Assembly (NCBI GenBank): GCA_041910055.1
Contig: JAYRRP010000004.1
Span: 67,804 to 131,803, forward strand
Length of the DNA: 64,000 nt
Reading direction: 5' to 3'
Source: Candidatus Saccharimonadales bacterium
Lineage (GTDB): Bacteria > Patescibacteriota > Saccharimonadia > Saccharimonadales > JAYRRP01
A program made the position numbers and the translations under genes. The notes under the pieces were generated by a model. The model saw only the letters and a list, made by a program, of their open reading frames with translations. It ran no database searches and was not told where the DNA came from. Shown piece by piece: positions 1 to 11,000 of the stretch (positions are counted from its first letter, which is position 1; every line of letters starts with the position of its first letter).

Positions 1-117
1 CACATCAATTTATGGTTAATGCTGAGAAAGTTTTGCAGCCAACGCTTGCCCGGTCATTCTTTGGCCCAAGTGTATTCCTGCTCGTGAAGAAAGCCGTCTA
101 AGGTTTATACTGACTTC

Positions 118-2157
118 ATGGACATCGATAGCCCGGTGACGGCCTTGAGGGGCGTGGGTTCTGTACAACAAAAAAAATTTCTTAAAATTGGCATACAGTC
201 AGTAAAGGATCTGATTACCTATTATCCAAAAAGATATGAAGACTTTTCAAAAACTATAAATTTACGTGCCTTAAAGCCAGGGCAAGTAAGTACACGGGGC
301 ACGATTAGTCATATAGCTGGTCGTTATAGTCGGCGCGGAATACATGTTTGTGAGGCAATTGCCCAGGATACGTCTGGAAGTGTGCGATTGGTGTGGTTTA
401 ATCAGCCATATCGAACAACTACTATCAAAACAGGACAGGAGTATTTTATTACTGGCCAGTTTGGCTTGAAGAACAGCCGGCTTGTAATTACAAACCCTTC
501 GATTGAATTGGTGAGTGAGTTTCCCCTTCATACCGCACGTATTGTGCCTGTGTATCGGCAAACTGAAGGGCTCACTTCGTCCCACATTCGGCGAACCATT
601 CAAGCTGCGAAAAAACTTATTGATGATTTGCCAGAAATTCTACCAGACTGGATAATCAGCCGTTTTCATTTACTGCCACGCAATCGAGCTGTTTGGACTA
701 TTCATTTTCCCACTAACCAAGCTCAGCTGGAAACAGCGCGCTATCGACTTGCTTTTGAAGAACTATTTGAACTTTGCCTAGCCAGTTTATTGAACCTGCG
801 AGAGGTCCAGACGGATGCTGCACCTCGAATACCATTTGTTCAAACCCTGGCCCAGAGATTTGTTGCCAATCTAACCTTTCAACTCACTGATGATCAAAGA
901 CGGGTGGTATGGCAAATTTACCAGGATATGGATCGTACGGTACCAATGAATCGGTTGGTAGAAGGTGATGTAGGAGCAGGTAAAACTGTAGTGGCAGCAA
1001 TGGCGGCAGCAATGGTCATTTCAGAGGGTTTTCAAGTCGCCTTTATGGCACCAACTGAGCTGCTGGCACAACAACATGCTGAGACGTTAGAACAACTTCT
1101 ACAGCCACTGGGATATCAGCAGTCAGTGGGATTGTTGATAGGCAGTCTTAGTGCCCCACAAAAGAAATTAGTTCATTCTAAAATTGCTGATAGATCCCTA
1201 CAGCTAGTGGTGGGCACTCATGCACTTTTGCAAGAAAAAGTAACTCTACCAAAACTGGGACTCGCTATTATTGATGAACAGCATAGGTTTGGCGTAGATC
1301 AGCGAAAGGCTTTGCAAGCCAAAGCTGGCGGTCTTTTGCCTCATTTGCTTACTATGACCGCAACCCCAATTCCTCGTAGTTTGGCCTTGACCGTATACGG
1401 GGAGCTAGATATTTCGATTTTGTTTACAAAACCAGCCAAGCGCAAACCCGTCGAAACCCTTTTGGCGACAACTGCCTCGCGTGCAGAGGTATATAAGAGA
1501 GTTGAACACCAGATTAGTCTTGGCCGACAGGTATTTGTAGTTTGCCCTCTTGTTGACGAAGATGAGTTATCTTCCAAACGATCTGCCCAACAAACTTACC
1601 GTGAGCTGTCGTCTGGCCTATTTGCCCGTCGTCGGGTTGGCTTATTGCATGGCAAAATGAAAGCTGCCCAAAAGACAGCCACTATGCAGCAATTTTTGAA
1701 GCATAAATTAGATATTTTAGTTGCAACTACAGTTATTGAAGTTGGCGTAGATGTTCCGAATGCCACAGTTATGGTTATTGAAAATGCTGATTGGTTTGGG
1801 TTAGCTCAGTTACATCAATTGCGTGGTAGAGTTGGTCGCAGTGAACATCAGGGGTATTGTTTCCTTATCACTAGTGACAATGCTCCACCGAGTCGCCGTT
1901 TGAAGGCTATCGCTGCTTCTACGGATGGCTTTCGTTTATCAGAACTTGATTTGGAAATACGGGGACCCGGTGCGATTTACGGCACTCTGCAGCATGGTCA
2001 GTTGGATCTAAAAGTCGCCTCACTGACTGATACTCAACTGATTGCCAAGGCTCGCAGCGCTGCCCATGAATTCATTGAAGGTGGACATTCTTTGTTACAA
2101 TATAAGGAACTGAGTGGCCGGGTGGCCCGCTTTAAACAAATTACAACTTTGAACTAA
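118..2157 (+). CDS. recG: ATP-dependent DNA helicase RecG
   Basis: 679 aa; Walker A 'GDVGAGKT', DEQH-type box 'DEQHRFGV', helicase C-terminal motifs; size and architecture typical of RecG. Confidence 0.85.
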   Translation: MDIDSPVTALRGVGSVQQKKFLKIGIQSVKDLITYYPKRYEDFSKTINLRALKPGQVSTRGTISHIAGRYSRRGIHVCEAIAQDTSGSVRLVWFNQPYRTTTIKTGQEYFITGQFGLKNSRLVITNPSIELVSEFPLHTARIVPVYRQTEGLTSSHIRRTIQAAKKLIDDLPEILPDWIISRFHLLPRNRAVWTIHFPTNQAQLETARYRLAFEELFELCLASLLNLREVQTDAAPRIPFVQTLAQRFVANLTFQLTDDQRRVVWQIYQDMDRTVPMNRLVEGDVGAGKTVVAAMAAAMVISEGFQVAFMAPTELLAQQHAETLEQLLQPLGYQQSVGLLIGSLSAPQKKLVHSKIADRSLQLVVGTHALLQEKVTLPKLGLAIIDEQHRFGVDQRKALQAKAGGLLPHLLTMTATPIPRSLALTVYGELDISILFTKPAKRKPVETLLATTASRAEVYKRVEHQISLGRQVFVVCPLVDEDELSSKRSAQQTYRELSSGLFARRRVGLLHGKMKAAQKTATMQQFLKHKLDILVATTVIEVGVDVPNATVMVIENADWFGLAQLHQLRGRVGRSEHQGYCFLITSDNAPPSRRLKAIAASTDGFRLSELDLEIRGPGAIYGTLQHGQLDLKVASLTDTQLIAKARSAAHEFIEGGHSLLQYKELSGRVARFKQITTLN

Positions 2158-2162
2158 AGATT

Positions 2163-2984
2163 ATGTACTCAGGCACTACACTTACCCCATTATCTGGCCG
2201 TGTTATCGGAGCGCACCAAAAAATTGACCGGGTGGCCCGACGTCACTTGACCAAGATTGCCAAAAGCAACCAGCAGTTTCCTCGTGTGCGGCAAATACTT
2301 CATTTTGAAGGTCACAATGGGCCAGATGCGATAAAGCGCAAGAGCCCGGCCAAAGATGAACCGTGGCACTTTTATAGTCCGTTTGATGAGGCTGACTCCC
2401 AGTTGCTTGACCTTATTAATGATCATTACCGACTACTAGTTGACCATTTACAGAAAAAAAACCACGAACGGGCTGCTTTTGAAGCAGCGTGGTTGGCTCA
2501 TGCAATTGTGGATGGCCTGACTCCTGCCCACCATTACCCTTATGAAGAAAAACTGGAAGAATTACGTGGTGGCAAAACAAACGCGACGCGTGACACTATT
2601 AAGAAAAAACTTGTTGTACCTGGTCAAACACCGCGTCAACGCGTGAAAAACAACTGGAAAGTCTGGGGACCAAAAGGTTTATTGACTACTCATGGTATGT
2701 TCGAGTTTGGCATTGCGACGTTGATTGCACCGATGACATTCTCGGATACTATTCCGACTGCCCAACAAGCCAGTACAGTTGTCCGGATAGGCCCAGTAGA
2801 GTGGTTTAAGCGAGCTGCTCGTGAAATTGCGGTACTGGATATGTATGAGCGATACTACCGACGAGGTTGGACAGCTAAACTAAGCCTCGAAGTAAGACAT
2901 AAATTAGCCCCCACCATTATTAGGGCTGTAGCTTTAGCCTGGTATTGCGCGCTGGTTGAGGCAGGCTTAGAGAAACCTGCGTGA
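2163..2984 (+). CDS. hypothetical protein; His-rich motifs (HFEGH, AHAIVDGLTPAHH) weakly reminiscent of the zinc-dependent phospholipase C / S1-P1 nuclease fold
   Basis: 273-aa ORF packed between recG and rsmD; its stop overlaps the rsmD GTG start (GTGA); no confident family assignment. Confidence 0.5.
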   Translation: MYSGTTLTPLSGRVIGAHQKIDRVARRHLTKIAKSNQQFPRVRQILHFEGHNGPDAIKRKSPAKDEPWHFYSPFDEADSQLLDLINDHYRLLVDHLQKKNHERAAFEAAWLAHAIVDGLTPAHHYPYEEKLEELRGGKTNATRDTIKKKLVVPGQTPRQRVKNNWKVWGPKGLLTTHGMFEFGIATLIAPMTFSDTIPTAQQASTVVRIGPVEWFKRAAREIAVLDMYERYYRRGWTAKLSLEVRHKLAPTIIRAVALAWYCALVEAGLEKPA

Positions 2985-3508
2985 AGATAATAGCTGGCCG
3001 GTTAAAGGGTCATGTCTTTGCCGCCCCGCCAGGTTTCCGAACACATCCAATGGGAGACCGTGTGCGGGCAGGGCTGTTTAATGTGCTGGGTGATGTTGAG
3101 GAACTGCAAATGCTGGATGCTTTTGCTGGTTCCGGCGCGCTTGGCTTTGAAGCGCTTAGTCGGGGTGCACGCCAGATATTGGCTATCGAGGTGGATCGCC
3201 GGGCCCAGGATACTATCAGCAAAAATGTCACAAAATTAGGTTTTACAACAGACCAGTACCACCTAGTACACGCCAATGCTGGCAGCTGGTCTACTAATAA
3301 TCCCCAAGCGTTATTTGACGTAGTGTTTGCAGCTCCTCCCTACGATTCGCTTCAGATTCCTTTAGTGAAAAAGCTTGCCCAACACGTAAAGCCGAGTGGC
3401 CTGTTTGTGCTGGATTGGCCAGGCAACCAACCATTGCCTGAAATAAAAGGATTACAGCTTGTAAAAGATAAATCATATGGTAATGCACAGATTGCCTTTT
3501 ATCGTTAA
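2981..3508 (+). CDS. rsmD: 16S rRNA (guanine966-N2)-methyltransferase RsmD
   Basis: 175 aa; SAM motif 'LDAFAGSGALGFEALSRGA' and 'FAAPPY' (DPPY-like) motif. Confidence 0.8.
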   Translation: MKIIAGRLKGHVFAAPPGFRTHPMGDRVRAGLFNVLGDVEELQMLDAFAGSGALGFEALSRGARQILAIEVDRRAQDTISKNVTKLGFTTDQYHLVHANAGSWSTNNPQALFDVVFAAPPYDSLQIPLVKKLAQHVKPSGLFVLDWPGNQPLPEIKGLQLVKDKSYGNAQIAFYR

Positions 3509-3576
3509 CCTTTAAAAAATAAGGGGTAGGTACTTTACTGGCACTCCAAGAAGTTATTACGTACAATAAAGAGCAA

Positions 3577-3661
3577 GGGCGAGTGGTGGAATTGGTAGAC
3601 ACGCATGCCTTAGGAGCATGTACCGCAAGGTGTGGAGGTTCAAGTCCTCTCTCGCCCACCA
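3577..3661 (+). tRNA. tRNA-Leu (anticodon TAG), class II with long variable arm, CCA encoded
   Basis: Manual cloverleaf: acceptor GGGCGAG/CTCGCCC, anticodon stem CATGC/GCATG with loop CTTAGGA, T-loop TTCAAGT, 3' ACCA. Confidence 0.85.
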
Positions 3662-3726
3662 GCATATTCACTAGGTTTTGCATCAATTTACTCATATAAG
3701 GCTGGCCTCAAGTAATCCGTTAGAGT

Positions 3727-5058
3727 ATGCTAGACGGTAATATGGCCTTATCATTGCAGCCTTATAAAGGTGCCCGTGATTTTTATCCGGCAGATAAACG
3801 TTTACAGAAATATTTATTCCATACGATGCGCCGTGTGGTCGAGCATTTTGGCTATGAAGAATACGATGCGCCGATGTTGGAACCATTGGAGCTTTATCTG
3901 GCGAAAACCAGTGAAGAAATTGTACATGAACAAACATATGTCTTCCGTGATCGGGGCGGTCGTGATGTGGTGATCCGTCCCGAAATGACTCCTAGCGTGA
4001 GCCGTATGGTAGCGGCCCGCCGCCAAGAGTTGGCGTATCCTTTGCGACTCTATAGCATTCCTAATCTATGGCGATACGAACGCCCTCAGCGGGGCCGATT
4101 AAGGGAACACTGGCAACTGAACGTCGATCTATTTGGTGTGGAAGGAGTAGAAGCAGAGCATGAAATGCTTATACTGGCCACCGAACTCTTATCTGCTTTT
4201 GGTGCCAAGGCGTCCATGTATTCCATTAGGGTCAATAGTCGTAAATTGACTAAAGAGTTGTTTACCCAAGTACTTGAGTTAAGTGATGTAGAGCAGGCTA
4301 CAATTGCTCGCTTACTGGATAAGAAAGACAAATTAACAGAGGCAGAGTTTGTCTCACAGGCTGAAGCAGTATTTTCACCCTCAGCTCGTGAAGCTGGTAA
4401 ACCAGCCAGATTATTTGGGCTGCTGGAAGCGAAAACAGTCGAGGATTTGCCTGCGTCAATTCGCCACAATGAAGGCGTGGAGAAATTGCGCCAACTTATG
4501 CAGTTGTCAGATGTTACTGGTATTCATAATATTATCTTCGATATCGCTCTGATGCGTGGTTTCGATTATTACACTGATATTGTCTTTGAGGTGTTTGACA
4601 ATGATCCGGCCAATCGGCGCAGCTTATTTGGTGGTGGCCGTTATGACGGATTAGTAGCTCAGTTTGGCGTAGAACCAATTGCAACAGTTGGTTTTGGTGT
4701 GGGCGATGTGATCTTGACGGATTTTCTAGCTACCCATAGCTTACTACCTGATTTCTCAGGGGGGATTGATGCGGCTGTCATTTTAATTGGCAACACCTAC
4801 CTTGCTGCCCAACCACTTCTCCACAGTTTACGTAAACACGGGCTGAACTTGTCTGTTGATATGACGAATCGAAAACCAGCAGTCCAAATAAAACATGCCG
4901 TAAAACGGGGGCTGCCTTACGTTATATTTGTAGGTGAGTCGGAGCTAAAAGATGGTCGCTTTACCCTTAAGGATCTACGGAGTGGTGAGGAACAGCAGCT
5001 AAGTCCGGAAAGGCTTGTTTCGACCATGAAAGATTATAGGAAAAATGACCGCCACTAA
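3727..5058 (+). CDS. hisS: histidine--tRNA ligase
   Basis: 443 aa; class II aaRS motifs (RDFYP..., 'VFRDRGGRDVVIRPEMT', 'GGGRYDGL'); start may be the M at 3742. Confidence 0.9.
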   Translation: MLDGNMALSLQPYKGARDFYPADKRLQKYLFHTMRRVVEHFGYEEYDAPMLEPLELYLAKTSEEIVHEQTYVFRDRGGRDVVIRPEMTPSVSRMVAARRQELAYPLRLYSIPNLWRYERPQRGRLREHWQLNVDLFGVEGVEAEHEMLILATELLSAFGAKASMYSIRVNSRKLTKELFTQVLELSDVEQATIARLLDKKDKLTEAEFVSQAEAVFSPSAREAGKPARLFGLLEAKTVEDLPASIRHNEGVEKLRQLMQLSDVTGIHNIIFDIALMRGFDYYTDIVFEVFDNDPANRRSLFGGGRYDGLVAQFGVEPIATVGFGVGDVILTDFLATHSLLPDFSGGIDAAVILIGNTYLAAQPLLHSLRKHGLNLSVDMTNRKPAVQIKHAVKRGLPYVIFVGESELKDGRFTLKDLRSGEEQQLSPERLVSTMKDYRKNDRH

Positions 5059-5500
5059 TCACACTGTAACTGGCATGGTGATAGCGACAGCAGTGAAAAC
5101 ACCATGGGCAGCTGTACCCTTGGCCTTTGCTTCGCACTTTCTGCTTGATGCCATACCCCATTTTGGTAACCACCCGGTTATCAATAAGCGTGTCAAAGCG
5201 TTTACTGTTTTTCTAGCAGCCGATATGGCCGTTGCAATGTCGTTATTACTTAGTGTGCTCCTTCTGTCTCCACCTGGTGTTTGGCTAATTGTGGCGTGTG
5301 GCATTATTGCTGCCAGTCCTGATTTAATGTGGATACCCGAATACCTCGCTATGATCTCAAAGAGACCAGTACCAAAAAGCGGTGTCATCAAGAAGTTCCA
5401 TAGCAGTTTGCAAAAAGAACTGCCGAGCGCATTTGCGCTGGAAGCTGTCTGGTTTGTGGTGATGTCCGGCTTATTACTTTGGCTGATGCGGCCAGTCTAG
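5045..5500 (+). CDS. membrane-bound metal-dependent hydrolase-like protein (DUF457/YdjM-like)
   Basis: 151 aa, multi-TM, 'HFLLDAIPH' motif; overlaps hisS end by 14 nt. Confidence 0.5.
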   Translation: MTATNHTVTGMVIATAVKTPWAAVPLAFASHFLLDAIPHFGNHPVINKRVKAFTVFLAADMAVAMSLLLSVLLLSPPGVWLIVACGIIAASPDLMWIPEYLAMISKRPVPKSGVIKKFHSSLQKELPSAFALEAVWFVVMSGLLLWLMRPV

Positions 5501-5531
5501 GGGTTCTGTCTCAAAGAATCTGTTATAGTGT

Positions 5532-6818
5532 GTGTCCATGCATATACAACGCACTCAACCATCCGCTACGCGGACACTGCTAGAGATAGCTATTTCTAGT
5601 CAGGAACTACTTCCTATTAAGAAAAGTGTCTTAGCGAAACAAGCAGCCCGTGTATCAGTGCCGGGTTTCCGACCTGGCCGAGCCCCACTTGATCTCGTAG
5701 AAAAACAACTTGACCCGACAATGTTACAAACGGAAGTGGTTCAGGAAGCAGTAAATTTCTTTTACGACCAGGCAGTGCACCAAGAAAATATACGACCTTT
5801 GTCTGACCCGGATATTAGCTTGCGGAAGTTCGTCCCCTATAGTCAGCTTGAATTTGAGGTTGGCATTGATGTATTTGGTGAGATACACTTACCGGAAATT
5901 AAAAAGCTAAAAGTTGAGAAGCAGGTATCTACAGTTCGACCTAAAGATGTAGAAGATGTTTTGCAATCGTTGCGTCGGCAACAAGCTTCTCGCAAGCCAG
6001 CTAAGCGAGCTGCCCAGCTCGGTGACGAAGTGACAATTGACTTTAAAGGTGAAGATAAGGAAGGCCAACCAATTCCTGGAGCAGAAGGAAAAGATTATCC
6101 CCTGGTATTAGGTAGCGGCTCATTCATTCCTGGTTTCGAAGAGGCCATACTAGACATGAAAACGGATGAGAAAAAAAACTTTGAGGTTGTCTTTCCCAAA
6201 GATTACCGCGTTGCTCATTTGCGAGGTCAAACAGTACATTTCAGTCTCCGCGTAAAAAAGACTGAAACCCTTGAGATGCCTGAACTCTCTGATAGTTTTG
6301 CGAGCAAAGTTGGTCCGTTTAAGACTCTCGTTGACCTAAAAAAAGATATAAAGAAACAGCTGCAACAAGAGCGGGAAACGGAAGCAAGGCAAGGCTACGA
6401 GCAAACGCTGCTCGAAACGACTGCGAAAGAAACGACAGCTGCTATTCCTGAGAAATTAATTGATGAACAAACAGAACGATTGGAAAAAGAAGAGCGTAAC
6501 CGTTTAATTCACCAGGGAATAACATGGCAGGAACATTTGAAGGCGGAAGGTATTACTGAAGCAGAACATCGACAACGACAACGACGCCAGGCAACAGAAT
6601 CAATCAAGGTTAGCCTAGTATTAAGTGAATTAGTCAGTCAGCATGATATAGAGGTAACTGAGGACGAGATTACGACACGGCTCCAGTTGCTGAGGGGACA
6701 ATATACTGACCCGGCTATGCTTCGTGAGCTTGATAAACCGGAAAATAAGCAAGAAATTGGCTGGCGTATCCGTAACGAAAAAGCCTTGGCAGTCCTGGTA
6801 AAACTTCATAAAACATGA
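5532..6818 (+). CDS. tig: trigger factor
   Basis: 428 aa; ribosome-binding N-domain 'GFRPGRAPL', FKBP-type PPIase region 'FIPGFEEAILDMK...', C-terminal arm. Confidence 0.85.
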   Translation: MSMHIQRTQPSATRTLLEIAISSQELLPIKKSVLAKQAARVSVPGFRPGRAPLDLVEKQLDPTMLQTEVVQEAVNFFYDQAVHQENIRPLSDPDISLRKFVPYSQLEFEVGIDVFGEIHLPEIKKLKVEKQVSTVRPKDVEDVLQSLRRQQASRKPAKRAAQLGDEVTIDFKGEDKEGQPIPGAEGKDYPLVLGSGSFIPGFEEAILDMKTDEKKNFEVVFPKDYRVAHLRGQTVHFSLRVKKTETLEMPELSDSFASKVGPFKTLVDLKKDIKKQLQQERETEARQGYEQTLLETTAKETTAAIPEKLIDEQTERLEKEERNRLIHQGITWQEHLKAEGITEAEHRQRQRRQATESIKVSLVLSELVSQHDIEVTEDEITTRLQLLRGQYTDPAMLRELDKPENKQEIGWRIRNEKALAVLVKLHKT

Positions 6819-6896
6819 TTTAATTGCAGTACTTCAATGGTACATAATGAGGGGATAAGACTCACTAATTAAGGGTGTGGCAGAAATCCAACAAAG

Positions 6897-7241
6897 ATGG
6901 AGCGTTGTAAACACGGTGAAGGAATTCACTTCAGTGGACCAGACTTAAGGGTGGTGGCTCATTCCTTGCATGGAGTAAGAGTATTGACAGAGCACCATGA
7001 AGCAAAGGATAGACTGACAGAGCTATTTGAAAGTGCAGAAGCAGAGAATTCACGGACTACACGAAAAGGCAGGCAACAAGAGGTGGTAGTGGTAGTGGCT
7101 GGAGTCGAAGAAATCATAGTGATTGAGGCGATAAAACAATATTCAGAAAGTCATTTCGATTCGACCGAAGGATTGTTGGCAGCAAAGATAATTGATGACT
7201 ATGAACAAGCTGACCCTCGTAACACACAAAAGTACAATTAG
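6897..7241 (+). CDS. hypothetical acidic protein (weak ORF, may be non-coding)
   Basis: 114-aa ORF with no SD; contains GTGGTA tandem repeats; lies in an unusually long 470-nt tig-clpP spacer. Confidence 0.25.
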   Translation: MERCKHGEGIHFSGPDLRVVAHSLHGVRVLTEHHEAKDRLTELFESAEAENSRTTRKGRQQEVVVVVAGVEEIIVIEAIKQYSESHFDSTEGLLAAKIIDDYEQADPRNTQKYN

Positions 7242-7244
7242 TAT

Positions 7245-7271
7245 TTGGCACTCTTGACGTGAGAGTGCTAA
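7245..7271 (+). promoter_or_regulatory. CIRCE-like HrcA operator (TTGGCACTC-N9-GAGTGCTAA) in the clpP promoter region
   Basis: Sequence TTGGCACTCttgacgtgaGAGTGCTAA matches the CIRCE consensus TTAGCACTC-N9-GAGTGCTAA with one mismatch; a TTGACG -35-like hexamer lies in the spacer; it ends 18 nt upstream of the clpP ATG. Confidence 0.6.
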
Positions 7272-7289
7272 ATTAGTAGACTATAGTAT

Positions 7290-7928
7290 ATGAACACGCA
7301 ACTCAATAACCTTAACGAGACCAGACAGATTCTTATTCCCACGGTAATTGAAACTGAGGGAAGAGTTGAACGGGCTTACGATATTTACTCCCGCCTACTC
7401 AAGGATAGGATTATATTTATTGGCGATGATATTAATCCCCACACTGCGAATCTTATCGTGGCTCAATTGTTGTTTTTGGATAACGAAGATGAAGCAAAGG
7501 ATATTTATCTTTATATCAACAGCCCAGGAGGAAGTGTTTATGACGCCCTAGCGGTTTATGACACCATGCGTTATGTGAGGAGTGATATACAAACAGTAGG
7601 AATAGGGGTACAGGCAAGTGCAGCGGCTTTTCTGCTTAGTAGTGGCACCAGGGGAAAGCGTTATTTGTTGCCACATGCGACTGTTATGATTCATCAACCA
7701 TCGAGTGGCACCAGAGGAAAAGTAACAGACCAGGAAATAGATCTGCGTGAGGCTTTACGGGTAAAACGTCTGATGGAAGAGATTATGAGCAAGAATACCG
7801 GCCAGACAACTGCCCGTATCCATGAAGACATGGAGCGGGATTTCTGGATGACAGCCGAGCAAGCCAAGAAATATGGTTTAGTTGATGGGGTAATTGACAG
7901 TCCTCACATTAAAAAGAAAAAGACTTGA
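7290..7928 (+). CDS. clpP: ATP-dependent Clp protease proteolytic subunit
   Basis: 212 aa; 'RIIFIG..I...A..IVAQLLFL', 'INSPGGSV', catalytic-region conservation. Confidence 0.9.
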   Translation: MNTQLNNLNETRQILIPTVIETEGRVERAYDIYSRLLKDRIIFIGDDINPHTANLIVAQLLFLDNEDEAKDIYLYINSPGGSVYDALAVYDTMRYVRSDIQTVGIGVQASAAAFLLSSGTRGKRYLLPHATVMIHQPSSGTRGKVTDQEIDLREALRVKRLMEEIMSKNTGQTTARIHEDMERDFWMTAEQAKKYGLVDGVIDSPHIKKKKT

Positions 7929-8085
7929 CAATATAATAACGCTGCTTCAGACTACTACACTAAGAAGTAGTGTAAGTTGGGCTGTGCAGGTTATTCACCT
8001 AAAAAGCACCAAAATTCCGGCTTAGGGACCTTCGCACGCGAAAACTACCAAAATAAGCTAATAATTTAGTAATCTTTGGCAAAAG

Positions 8086-11000
8086 ATGCCAAGGGGAGTA
8101 TGGAGAGGTATGGCAGGAGCTTCTACACGTTCACTTAAAAAGAGGCAATATTTTAGCAAAAACACAGACGAGGTCATTCAACTACCAAATTTAGTCGATC
8201 ACCAAAATGCTTCCTTTCAATGGTTTATTGAGCAGGGGCTAGGGGAACTACTGCAGGAAGTAAGTCCAATTGATGACTATACAGGTACAAAGTTATCATT
8301 ATCGTTTACTGATTATCGTTTTGATAAGCCAAAATTAACTGAAGCTGAGGCACGTGAAAACAACGTGAGTTTTGAAGCGCCCCTCAAAGCCACTGTTGAA
8401 CTGACTAACAAAGTAACTGGTGAAATCAAAAAACAAGAAATCTATCTTGGTGATTACCCCTGGATGACTAGTCGGGGCACCTTTGTAATTAATGGTGCAG
8501 AACGAGTGGTAGTTAGTCAACTTATTCGTTCAGCTGGTGTATTCTTTACAGCTGATCCACACGGGACTACTAATTTGTTTGGCGCGAAGGTTATTCCTGG
8601 CCGTGGTGCTTGGTTGGAATTTGAAACTGCTGCTTCAGGGGCTATGTACGTCAAAATCGACCGAAAACGCAAAATTGCTGTCACCACCTTGCTCAGGGCC
8701 TTGGGGCTAAGTGAAGCAGATATGCGTGATAAATTTGCGCATGTAGATAAGGGAAATCTTAATTATTTGGATGCGACACTTGAGAAAGACCCTGCACGTG
8801 GGGTAAACGAAGCACTCATTGAGGTATTCCGTCGTTTGCGGCCGGGTGATCTGGCGACAGTTGAAAACGCGCGCAGCTTACTTGAGAATATGTTCTATAA
8901 CTTCAAACGCTTTGATTTTAGTCGTGTTGGACGCTATAAGATTAATAAGCGTTTGGATCTAAAAGTACCCAATACTATCGAGCATCGTGTGATGCGCTTG
9001 GATGATCTGGTAGCTATTGTGGCGGAAATTATCCGTCTGAACAACACACAGGAAGCTGCAGATGATATTGATAGTCTGGCGAACCGACGGGTGAAACTGG
9101 TTGGTGAATTAGTCCAACGTCAGTTCCGGATTGGTCTTTTGCGCATGGAACGTAATACCAAAGACCGCATGAGTATGAGTGAAATCGAAACTGTTACACC
9201 GGCTCAGCTTATTAATGCTCGACCTGTGGTAGCGGCAGTCAGGGAATTTTTTGCCAGCTCCCAGCTAAGCCAGTTTATGGACCAAATTAACCCGCTAAGT
9301 GAACTTGCACACAAACGACGACTGAGTTCTATGGGTCCAGGTGGGCTGTCTCGGGAACGGGCCGGCTTCGAAGTGAGGGACGCTCACGCTACCCATTATG
9401 GTCGAATCTGCCCTGTAGAAACTCCTGAAGGTGCCAATATTGGCCTAGTGTTAAACTTAGCCAGCTATGCTCGGATTAACGAATATGGTTTTATTGAAAC
9501 ACCCTATCGGAAAGTAGTGAATGCGTTGAGTGCTACAAAAGCTGTTGGTCATATCGCTAGCGTAAATCTCGAAGATAAAGATGGCCGTCTGATAGTAAAG
9601 GCAGGACAGAAGATAACTGCTGCTGATGCTAAGAAATTAGAGCGTGTCAAAGACAGGGCAACATGGCCGATTAAGGCGAAGGTGACAAGCGAAATTGTTT
9701 ACCTTGATGCATCCGAGGAGGACCAGGCTGTTATCGCCAGCGCCGGAGAAGAAGTTGACGAGAGTGGTTATTTTATTAACGAACGTGTTAGCGCAAGAAA
9801 TCGTCTTGTTTCAGGAGAAGTGGATGCAGATGAAGTGACACATATTGACGCTTCGCGGCGTCAAGTGATTGGTTCAAGCGCCGCTCTCATTCCATTTATT
9901 GAGAAAAACTACGTGTACCGTTCGCTTATGGGTAGCAACCAGCAACGGCAAGCTGTCCCATTAATTAATCCAGTGGCACCGATTGTTGGTACTGGCATGG
10001 AAGGCTCTGCTGCCGATAACTCAGGCCAGTTAATACAAGCTGAAGCGGCTGGTGAAGTAACCAAAGCAACAGCCGAAGAAGTAGTGGTGAAGTATAAAGG
10101 CCAGGTAGCTCATTATTATCCTCAGCATTTTGTTCGGAGTAATGAGGGTACATCAATTAATCAGAAAGTGGTAGTGGCTACCGGTCAGAAGGTAGCAAAG
10201 GGCGAAGCGTTGATTGAAGGCATGTCTATTAATAATAGTGAGTTGGCATTAGGAAGAGATCTTGTGGTCGCGTTTATGCCATGGTCAGGCTATAACTTTG
10301 AAGATGCCATCATTATTTCACGCAAACTAGTAGAGGATGACAGCCTTACCTCTGTCCATATTGTTGATTTTATGACTGAGGTGCGTGAAACCAAATTAGG
10401 GCCTGAAATTGTCACACGGGATATACCGAATGTTTCTGAGGAAGCATTGCGTCATCTCGACGAGGACGGAATTGTACGAATTGGAGCTGAAGTTCATCCA
10501 GGTGATATTTTAGTAGGAAAAATAACTCCTAAGGGTGAGCAGGAATTAAGTAGTGAAGAACGCCTGCTACGAGCAATCTTTGGTGAGAAAGCCAAGGAAG
10601 TGCGTGATACTTCACAGCGAATGAGTAATGGCAAACACGGCAAAGTAGTTGGAGTAAAGATATTCAGCCGTGAGCTTGGTCACGATCTCAAAGCAGGTGT
10701 GATTATGCAAATTCAGATATACGTCGCCCAAATGCGGAAGATTGCTGTTGGCGATAAGCTGGGCGGCCGCCATGGCAACAAAGGTGTCATTGCTCGCGTT
10801 CTCCCAACTGAAGACATGCCTTTTATGGAAGATGGAACCCCAGTTGACATCATTCTAAACCCATTGGGGGTGCCTTCCCGTATGAATGTGGGTCAGTTAT
10901 TTGAAACTCACCTTGGCATGGCTGCTAGGGCGTTGGGCATAAAAGTAGCCAGCCCGTCCTTTAATGGTGTACCGACCACAAAAATCCAGGAATTACTCAA

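Noticed and set aside
3294-3695. 133-aa minus-strand ORF from the six-frame track
   Set aside because: It overlaps tRNA-Leu(TAG) and the rsmD 3' end on the opposite strand; an obvious shadow ORF.
6897-7241. Possible RNase P RNA or tmRNA in the tig-clpP spacer (segments such as 'AAGGGTG...GAGTAAGAG...GAGCACC' loosely resemble RNase P CR-II/III)
   Set aside because: No convincing P4 core (GGAAAGUCC... / ACAGAANCCGGCUUA) and no tRNA-like 3' end (GGTTCGAATCC...CCA) could be found; the similarity is too fragmentary to support a call.
7924-8085. Hairpin ACTAC...GTAGT and a TTGACA hexamer between clpP and rpoB as terminator/promoter
   Set aside because: The hairpin is only 5 bp with no U-tract and the hexamer has no properly spaced -10; too weak to annotate.
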